DNA of 64,000 nt from Octopus sinensis. Lineage: Eukaryota. Below, in pieces: positions 55,325 through 64,000 of the stretch. Every line of letters starts with the position of its first letter. Positions within the stretch are counted from its first letter, which is position 1. The position numbers and the translations under genes are program-made. The notes under the pieces are model-generated. The model was not told where the DNA came from. It saw nothing but the letters and a program-made list of their open reading frames with translations, and did no database searches. The DNA lies in NCBI RefSeq assembly GCF_006345805.1, contig NW_021832253.1:13020-77019 (forward strand), written 5' to 3'.

Positions 55325-55615
55325 TATTGGGCCGACCAAAGCCTTGTGAATGGATTTGGTAGACGGAAACTGAAAGAAGACCGTCGTATATATATATATA
55401 TATGTGTGTGTGCGTTTGTGTGTCTGTATTTGTCCCCCCATCATCGCTTGACAACCGATGCTGGTATGCTTACGTCCTCGTTACTTAGCGGTTCGGCAAC
55501 AGAGACCGATAGATAAGGACTAGGCTTACAAAGAATAAGTCCTGGGTTCGATTTGCTCGACTAAAGGCGTTGCTCCAGCATGGCCGCAATCAAATGACTG
55601 AAAAAAAGTAGATAG
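55325..55615 (+). mobile_element. tRNA-derived SINE body and tail
   Basis: gggccgaccaaagccttgtg...gctccagcatggccgcaatcaaatgactgaaa. Confidence 0.8.
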
Positions 55616-55864
55616 TGAAAAGAGAGTAAAAGAGTACACCATTTAACAGATAATTAGTCAAGCTTAATTATTACAATAATAATTAACACTGTTATTGCCA
55701 ACTTAATCAGTGAAACTTCATCACAGCCCGTAAACTTGAAAGGAAGAGAATGGAAACGGAAAAAGAGAGAGAAAATCGATAAACAAATCGATGCTACATG
55801 TTATGTCTCTGGAACTTTCCGACCGATTGAAAGGTTAATTCAAGCAATGAGGAAAAGTGTATGA

Positions 55865-56540
55865 TTTAGTTGTTTGTTCCTTCTCGAGCCATGCCTGGCT
55901 CATAAGGGCCGGTTTCCCGGTTTCCGTGGCGTATAGGTTCCCCACTTTGACGGGACCCCGGTCCGTCGAAGGTGAGCTTCAAGATGCAGGAGGAAAAAGT
56001 GAGAGAAAGTTGTGGCGAAAGAGTCAGCAGATGTTTCGCCATTACCTTCTGCCGGAGCCGCGTGGAGTTTAGGTGTTTCGCTCACAAACACACATATCAT
56101 CACGTTTAAGATTCGAACCCGCGATCCCTCGACCGCGAGTCCGCTGCTCTAACCACTTGGAAGCACTCCGTCGGTTACTACGACGAGGGTTCCCGTTCAT
56201 CCGATCAACGGAACAGCCTGCTCGTGAAATTAACGTGTATGTGGCTGATCACTCCACAGACACGTGTACCCTTAACGTAGTTCTCGGGGATCTTCAGCAT
56301 GACGGAGAGAGTGACAAGGCCGGCCCCTTGAAATATAGGTACAACAGAAACAGGAAGTAAGAGTGAAAGAAAGTTGTGGCGAAAGAGTCAGCAGGTGTTT
56401 CGCCATTACCTTCTGCCTGAGCCACGTGGAGCTCAGGTGTTTCGCTCATAAAAACATACACATCGCCCGGTCTGAGATTCGAACTTGCGATCCCTCGACC
56501 GCGAGTCCGCTGCACTAACCACTAGGCCATATGCCTCCAC
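55865..56540 (-). mobile_element. Two adjacent tRNA-derived SINEs of another family
   Basis: Head gtggaggcatatggcctagtggttag (A box) ... gttcgaatc (B box) at 56460-56540; second head at ~56110-56165. Confidence 0.78.
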
Positions 56541-56789
56541 ACCAACACCGGTTGTCAAGCAGTGATTGGAGACCAACACACACACACACACACACACACA
56601 CAAATACTTTTCTCGCTGGATTAAGTGTTCATTTTCTCTTTTTGTCTTCTGCAAATTTATTTTTGGATCTTCTGAATATATGAAGAATTTCCTTCCGCCT
56701 GGCTGCTTTTCTCTCTACAGAACGGAAAGTTGCATTATGGAACAGTCATTTTAACGAGATTATTCATCACCCGAGATACATCTTTTTCT

Positions 56790-59610
56790 TTATACAGAGG
56801 GGAAAAACAAGGACAGACAAACAGATTAAGTCGATTACATCGACCCCAGTGCGTAACTAGTACTTAATTTATCGGTCCCGAAAATATGAACGGCAAAGTC
56901 GACCCCGGTGGAATTTGAACTCAGAACATAATGACAGACGACATACCTGTTTCTTTACTACCCACAATGGGCTAAACACACAGGGGACAAACAAGGACAG
57001 ACAAACGGGATAAGTGAATTACATCGACCCCAGTGCGTAACTGGTACTTAATTTATCGACTCCGAAAGAATGAAACGCAAAGTCGACCTCGAAGTAATTT
57101 GAACTCAGAACGTAAAGACAGATGAAATACCTATTTCTTTACTACCCACAAGGGTCTAAACACAGAGGGGACAAACAAGAACAGACAAATAGATTAAGTC
57201 GATTACATTGACCCCAGTTTGTAACCTATACTTAATTTATCGACCCTGAAAAGATGAAAGGCAAGTCGACCTCGAAGTAATTTGAACTCAGAACGTAAAG
57301 ACAGATGAAATACCTATTTCTTTACTACCCACAAGGGTCTAAACACAGAGGGGACAAACAAGAACAGACAAATAGATTAAGCCGATTACATTGACCCCAG
57401 TGTGTAACTGGTACCTAATTTATCGACCCCGAAAGGATGAATGGCAAAGTCTACATCGGAGGAATTTGAACTCAGAACAAAAAGACAGACGAAATAACTG
57501 TTTATTTACTACCCACAAGGGGCTAAACACAGAGAGAACAAACTTGAACTTGTGGCGAGCTGGCATAACCGTTAGCACGCCGAGCGAAATGGGTAGCCGT
57601 ATTTCGTCTGCTGCTACGTTCTGAGTTCAAATTCAACCGAGGTCTACTTTGCCTTTCATCCTTTCTGGATCGATAAATAATGTACCAGTTACGCACTGGG
57701 GTCGATTTAATCGACTTAATCCGTTTGTCTGTCCTTGATTGTCTTCTCTGTGTTTAGCCCCTCGTGGGTAGTAAAGAAATATGTACTTAATTTATCGACC
57801 CCGTAAGGATGAAAGGCAAAGTCGACCTCAAAGTAATTTGAACTCTGAACGTAAAGACAGACGAAATGCCTGTTCCTTTACAACCCACAAGGGCCTAAAC
57901 ACAGAGGGGACAAACAAGGACAGACAAATAGATTAAGCCGATAACATCGACCCCAGTGCGAACTGGTACTTGATTTATCGGCCCCGAAAGGATGAATGGC
58001 AATGTCTACCTCGGCGGAATTTGAACTCAGAAAGTAAAGACAAAGGAAATACCTATTTCTTTACTACCCACAAGGGGATAAACACAGAGGGGACAAACAA
58101 GGACAGACAAATAGATTAAGCCGATAACATCGATCCCAGTGCGTAACTGGTACTTGATTTATCGGCCTCGAAAAGATGAAAGGAAAAGTCGACCTCGGAG
58201 GAATTTGAACTCAGAACGTAAAGACAGACGAAATACCTGTTTCTTTACTACCCACAAGGGTCTTAACACAGAGGGGACAAACAAGAACAGACTAATAGAT
58301 TAAATCGATTACATTGACCCCAGTTTGTAACTGGTACATAATTTTTCGACCCTGAAAAGATGAAAGGCAAGTCGACCTCGAAGTAATTTGAACTCAGAAC
58401 GTAAAGACAGATGAAATACCTATTTCTTTACTACCCACAAGGGTCTAAACACAGAGGGGACAAACAAGGACAGACAAATAGATTAAGCCGATAACATCGA
58501 TCCCAGTGCGTAACTGGTACTTGATTTATAGGCCCCGAAAGGATGAATGGCAAAGTCGACCTCGGCGGAATTTGAACTCAGAAAGTAAAGACAAACGAAA
58601 TACCTATTTCTTTACTACCCACAAGAGGATAAACACAGAGGGGACAAACAAGGACAGACAAATAGATTAAGCCGATAACATCGATCCCAGTGCGTAACTG
58701 GTACTTGATTTATCGGCCTCGAAAAGATGAAAGGAAAAGTCGACCTCGGAGGAATTTGAACTCAGAAGTAAAGACAGACGAAATACCTGTTTCTTTACTA
58801 CCCACAAGGTCTAAACACAGAGGGGACAAACAAGAACAGACTAATAGATTAAGTCGATTACATCGACCCCAGTTTGTAACTGGTACTTAATTTATCGACC
58901 CTGAAAAGATGAAAGGCAAGTCGACCTCGAAGTAATTTGAACTCAGAACGTAAAGACAGATGAAATACCTATTTCTTTACTACCCACAAGGGTCTAAACA
59001 CAGAGGGGACAAACAAGGACAGACAAATAGATTAAGCCGATAACATCGATCCCAGTGCGTAACTGGTACTTGATTTATAGGCCCCGAAAGGATGAATGGC
59101 AAAGTCGACCTCGGCGGAATTTGAACTCAGAAAGTAAAGACAAACGAAATACCTATTTCTTTACTACCCACAAGGGGATAAACACAGAGGGGACAAACAA
59201 GGACAGACAAACAGATTAAGCCGATTACATCGACCCCAGTGCGTAACTGGTACTTGATTTATCGGCCCCGAAAAGGTGAAAGGAAAAGTCGACCTCGGAG
59301 GAATTTGAACTCAGAACAAAAAGACAGTCGAAAAACCTGTTTCTTTACTACCCACAAGGGGCTAAATACAGAGGGGACAAACAAGGACAGACAAACAGAT
59401 TAAGCCGATTACATCGACCCCAGTGCGTAACTGGTACTTGATTTATAGGCCCCGAAAGGATGAATGGCAATGTCGACCACGGCGGAATTTGAACTCAGAA
59501 GTAAAGACAGACGAAAAACCTGTTTCTTTACTACCCACAAGGGGCTAAAAAGAGAGGGGACAAACAAGGACAGACAACAGATTAAGTCGATTACATCGAC
59601 CCCAGTGCGT
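56790..59610 (-). repeat. Tandem array of a headless SINE body, 183-184-bp unit, ~15 copies, with an inverted full SINE at 57548-57780
   Basis: gaggggacaaacaag recurs every 183-184 bp; each unit has gagttcaaattcc on the minus strand. Confidence 0.95.
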
Positions 59611-59644
59611 ATCTGCACACCTGCTCAGACATTTGCAGCTGTTT

Positions 59645-59990
59645 GACAAGTATAGATCCTATTTTCCCGGATATTCAAATGTAGACATGAAGGAATTGCC
59701 CCTGGTTATCCAGGTTGTATCTAGATAGGGTTTTCTGTAGGCCTGTAGGTAAAGATAACATATGATGTCCACTTTTCAAACTGGTCGGCTACACAGACCA
59801 CAAATTTGTGATCTGTATGGTCGCCGTAGATAGGCTTAGAAGGCAGAGAGCCGGTTGCTGGAATCTGAACGAATTACTCCCGGTGTGTCAGTGCTACAGA
59901 GACCGAATTAGAGAATTAGTCAGGAGGACGTTGACAAGGGCAATTCTCAATATGCGGGGGTTTGCTTTGAAAATGGCAATTAGACTAGAA
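59645..59990 (+). mobile_element. Diverged Tx1-like APE endonuclease fragment
   Basis: YLDRVFCRP...YTDHKFVIC...WNLN, homologous to 33480-33790. Confidence 0.75.
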
Positions 59991-59994
59991 TCAG

Positions 59995-60042
<48 letters not shown>

Positions 60043-60105
60043 TTATTATTATTATTATTGTTATTATTATTATCATCATCATCATTATTATTATTATTAT
60101 TATTA

Positions 60106-60142
<37 letters not shown>

Positions 60143-60687
60143 GAGTGAGAGAGCAGTTCATGCCATCAAAGTGACACTGGGGTAAAATATACGAAGTCCA
60201 ATATACCCATCATGACTACCCGTCTGATAAGGGTACACCAGGCACATACATCACAACCATATGTGCGCGACATGGTGATCTCATATCAAGGTAAACAGCG
60301 CATGACCTTGCAGGTGGGGCCCAGGTAGAATTTTCTGACGGTCGAGTTGCCCATCCCGCGCAAAAGGTCAATGAATAAGGGTTGTTTAAGGATGTTGAAA
60401 GAACCACCCATGTTTCCAGAGGTGAATTATTCAAACCCCAAAGAATCCCTCTCAACACACGGCTATGATGCTCCCCCACTACTTCTGCTCGTGATCAGAG
60501 ATGCAGATATCGTCAGCCACTAAGGGACATGCTCAACTGGTTAAGGTCAAACAACTGACAAGCAAATCTGTGGTATTGAGCAGAATATTTGCTGTAGCCC
60601 ATCTTTTATACCAAGACAAAACAATGTACATGATAACACTTCCAATCAGTTAAGATCAGAAGCCATGGTATCACTGCCTGGTACTGC
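60143..60687 (-). mobile_element. ~550-bp non-coding retroposon, copy 4
   Basis: Both ends the same as copy 1. Confidence 0.75.
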
Positions 60688-60710
60688 TATTATTATTATT
60701 ATTATTATTA

Positions 60711-60752
<42 letters not shown>

Positions 60753-60987
60753 TAAAAAGTTTGATTCGATCCCATAAAGTTTCGTAGCTTCGTTACAGGA
60801 ATCTGGCTTGTTGAAGATTGGCGCACCAGAACCAGAATGTATCCAGAATGTTGGTGGAACATCCCAATAGAATCAGAAAGCCGGATTAAACACAACGGAC
60901 CCGATATTGTTCTAAGGGACGGAAAATAAGTCAAGCACTTTTGAAGAGATCGTCTGCCCAGTCCTATGTCAATATCTCATCGTATTA

Positions 60988-61190
60988 AAGCGGCGAGCTG
61001 GCAGAAACGTTAGCACGCCGGGCGAGATGCCTAGCGGTATTTCGTATTTACGATCTGAGTTCAAATTCCGCCGAGGTCGACTTTGCCTTTCATTCTTTCT
61101 CGGTCGATAAATTCAGTACGAGCTGCGTACTAGGGTCGATCTCAACGACTGGTCCCCTCCCCAAAATTGTGCCTCGAGTAGAAAAGAATA
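60988..61190 (+). mobile_element. tRNA-derived SINE (relative of the array monomer)
   Basis: ggcgagctggcagaaacgttagc...gagttcaaattccgccgaggtcgactttgcc. Confidence 0.8.
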
Positions 61191-61492
61191 TCTCATCATA
61201 TATTAAAGAAAAAGAGGGATCTATGGAGAACTGTTTGAAAAAATACAGTTCTGATATACAGGCCATAGATTTTCATTTCTACCTACTAACAGAGATGCAC
61301 TGGGCTAAGTAAAAACAGATCGACATAAAAACTACATATGCTGGGGTAGATCAGGTACCCTGAGTCCCTTCTGTAGCAATCGTTCCAATTATTTAACACG
61401 GTTCAATTATTTAATAAAAGAGTAAAAAACACAAGAAGTACCGAAGAGGAAAGTGACGATGAGAAGTCGGGTGGAATGAAAGAGTAACTTAC

Positions 61493-61677
61493 GGTGGTCT
61501 TAAATGAAGATTTTCTGCCTGTGCCGTTGAGTTTCCAGAATCAAGCGTTTCGTTAGAAACCGACAATTCTTCACTCAGTGTGGGACTTACATTCACTGGC
61601 CCATCAGTCGTCTGCTGTCCTTCTGTCAGCCAAAGACCAACACCGAAAACAAATAAGAACAGAACCAAATTCTTCAT
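61493..61677 (-). CDS. First coding exon: signal peptide and S/T-rich linker
   Basis: MKNLVLFLFVFGVGLWLTEG|QQ...; sequons NVS, NET, NST; donor GTAAGT in phase 2, which matches the next exon. Confidence 0.85.
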
Positions 61678-61926
61678 AGCTGTTATTTTCTTCTTTTTAG
61701 TGCTCCCTCTGTTTACTGACACACGAAAAACTTGTATAATCAGAAGGAATAGATTCGACTAAATAACGAACAGGGGATAAATGTCTAAACTTTTTGTTGG
61801 TGTTGCCTTGTCTTTTGATGGTTCTTGAAGCACAAAAATCTTTTAAACAACAGCAGCGGAATTGGGCGCAGAAGAATCCCGTTGCGAAATCGATCTGGCT
61901 CTGTCACACCTCCACCAAGACACTCA

Positions 61927-61934
61927 TATTTATA
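61927..61934 (-). promoter_or_regulatory. Candidate TATA box (TATAAATA) for the EMI-EGF gene
   Basis: Consensus match about 250 nt upstream of the ATG with no intervening ATG; an upstream spliced 5'UTR (AG at 61716-61717) is an alternative. Confidence 0.3.
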
Positions 61935-62135
61935 ACAAACCGCCAGCAAAGAGGTGTTTGCGTATCAAATCTGAGAGGTGGGAAGTAAAACATCAAAGGA
62001 CCATTGACATCACACGGATCCATTGTCAGGTGAAAGACCGCAGGTGAGAACAGGACGCAAATCAACTGCTCAAACAAGATTGTCAACGACTACCATCACA
62101 GGTTTATGCATGTGACCATCACACACACACACACA

Positions 62136-62185
<50 letters not shown>

Positions 62186-62489
62186 TGCACCACCGCCACC
62201 ATCACCAAACACACATATAAATGCATACAAATAAATGTGTTTGTACATGCATCCCCGAGAGAGTTTGTGTGTGTGTGTGAATTAATATGTTGTGCGTGTG
62301 TGTGTGAGCATATATATATATATGCTCATATATATATATACATATATATGTACATGTATTTCCTGAGTCAAAATCGGTGCGTGACCAGGTCATTGACATG
62401 AGCAATGATACCTCTTTCCAAGTGCATATTACTAAGTTGGTGATAAAATGCAGACGGCTAGCTGGATGGATTCTCTGAACTTTCAGAAC

Positions 62490-63075
62490 TAGAGAGGAGA
62501 CACTGATGGTCCTTTGGAAATCTTTCGTCCTCAGCCGCTTGGACTACTACTCCCAACTATGGTCACCATACGATATAAAGCTAACAGCAGAACTCGAAGC
62601 AATTCAGAGAAGCTACACAAAGAAGATCGTCTAAATGCAACATATCAGCTACTGAGAAAGACTGAAAATATTAAAACTCTTCTCCCTAGAGCGAAGGCGG
62701 GAGAGATATGCAGTGATATACATCTGGAAAATCCTGGAGAGACTTGTCCCAAACTTTGGCGTTCAAAGTTACCCCAACCGCAGAGCTTGGGTTTCAGAGG
62801 ACCGCAGCTCTTCAACATTCTCCCTTGATGCCTGAGAGACTTACATGGTGTGGATGTGGGTTTCTTTAAAACTAAACTGGATCTCTTCTTGTCGGGAGCC
62901 CCAGATGAACCTACCTCACGACAGGAGACGCAGATGTGGGCAGCGGCATCGAACTCCCTTGTCGACCAAGTGCCTCGTATCAGAGGTGGATTCACAAACT
63001 AGCGTAGCTCGTTCAACGGTGGTGCCCCAGCATGGCCGCAGCCTTCGGGCTGAAACTTTTTTAAGGATTTAAGGA
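62490..63075 (+). mobile_element. CR1/L2-type LINE 3' end
   Basis: SFVLSRLDYYSQLWSP...LEAIQRSYTK...LFSLERRRERY...RGPQLFNILP...KTKLDLFL; short (ttaagga) tail. Confidence 0.85.
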
Positions 63076-63173
63076 TTTATATATATATAAAGATTACAGG
63101 GCTTGATACGTTCGATTAAAGACTTAAAGTTGGTTCCAAAGCATAACCTTCGCATAAACAACACAAATAAAAG

Positions 63174-63221
<48 letters not shown>

Positions 63222-63233
63222 GTTTATGCATTT

Positions 63234-63235
<2 letters not shown>

Positions 63236-63314
<79 letters not shown>

Positions 63315-63340
63315 GATCTATCTATCTATCTATCTATCTA

Positions 63341-63404
<64 letters not shown>

Positions 63405-63413
63405 GTCTGTCAG

Positions 63414-63444
<31 letters not shown>

Positions 63445-63453
63445 GTCTGTCAC

Positions 63454-63516
<63 letters not shown>

Positions 63517-63525
63517 GTCTGTCAG

Positions 63526-63584
<59 letters not shown>

Positions 63585-63595
63585 GTCTGTCTGTC

Positions 63596-63647
<52 letters not shown>

Positions 63648-63664
63648 GTCTGTCTGTCTGTCAG

Positions 63665-63723
<59 letters not shown>

Positions 63724-63753
63724 GTCTGTCTGTCAGTCTATCTATCTATCTAT
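63236..63753. repeat. (TATC)n microsatellite with periodic (TGTC) interruptions
   Basis: Direct reading. Confidence 0.97.
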
Positions 63754-64000
63754 CATGGAGTAATTCGGAACAAATCGACCATATTAGTTTCATTTTCTCC
63801 GTTTTGTGCGTTTGTGCATCCGTAGTTTTCTACACACATCCACACACACATATTTGATTTAAGTAGTTCCAACGGAGTATCATTACATTTAGTATCAGGT
63901 TTATTATAGAGATTATGTAACAAATTTAGCTGTTATTTTTAGCATAATGTGTTTTTATTTGCCCTCGTCCGTTTGTTGCTTTAGTAGAAATCTACGGATG

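Noticed and set aside
56460-56540. tRNA gene
   Set aside because: A and B boxes are present, but the sequence continues into a repeated SINE body and lacks a paired acceptor stem; it is a SINE head.

Overview
Eukaryotic, repeat-dense genomic DNA. It is probably octopus, an inference from the (TAA)n/(TGA)n/(TA)n microsatellite load and the SINE types. The main result is a spliced minus-strand gene missed by the ORF track, reconstructed by hand from GT-AG exons with consistent phases. Its order is signal-peptide exon (61493-61677), two exons that together form an EMI domain (53146-53229, 43878-43954), then ten tandem 117-nt phase-1 exons, each encoding one calcium-binding EGF repeat (43166 down to 26770). 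The predicted product is a secreted protein of about 507 aa. A partly decayed plus-strand paralogous EGF exon array (38-11095) converges on it, and the two 3' regions share an inverted duplicated segment (13690-15050 / 20915-22870). Each EGF cassette carries a polar (TAA)n-(TGA)n intron that has collected R4/Dong-like retrotransposon fragments, a full-length Tx1-like LINE and a ~550-bp non-coding retroposon. The spacer between the inverted arms holds a 2.2-kb ORF1-only (half-LINE) element with a 16-bp target-site duplication. Also present are mariner, Helitron, Penelope-like (with minimal hammerhead motifs) and CR1-type remnants, tRNA-derived SINEs, a SINE-derived 183-bp tandem array with 3-mer higher-order structure, and several foldback hairpins. 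Most ORF-track entries are microsatellite artefacts. Identity estimates are by eye and TE boundaries are approximate.
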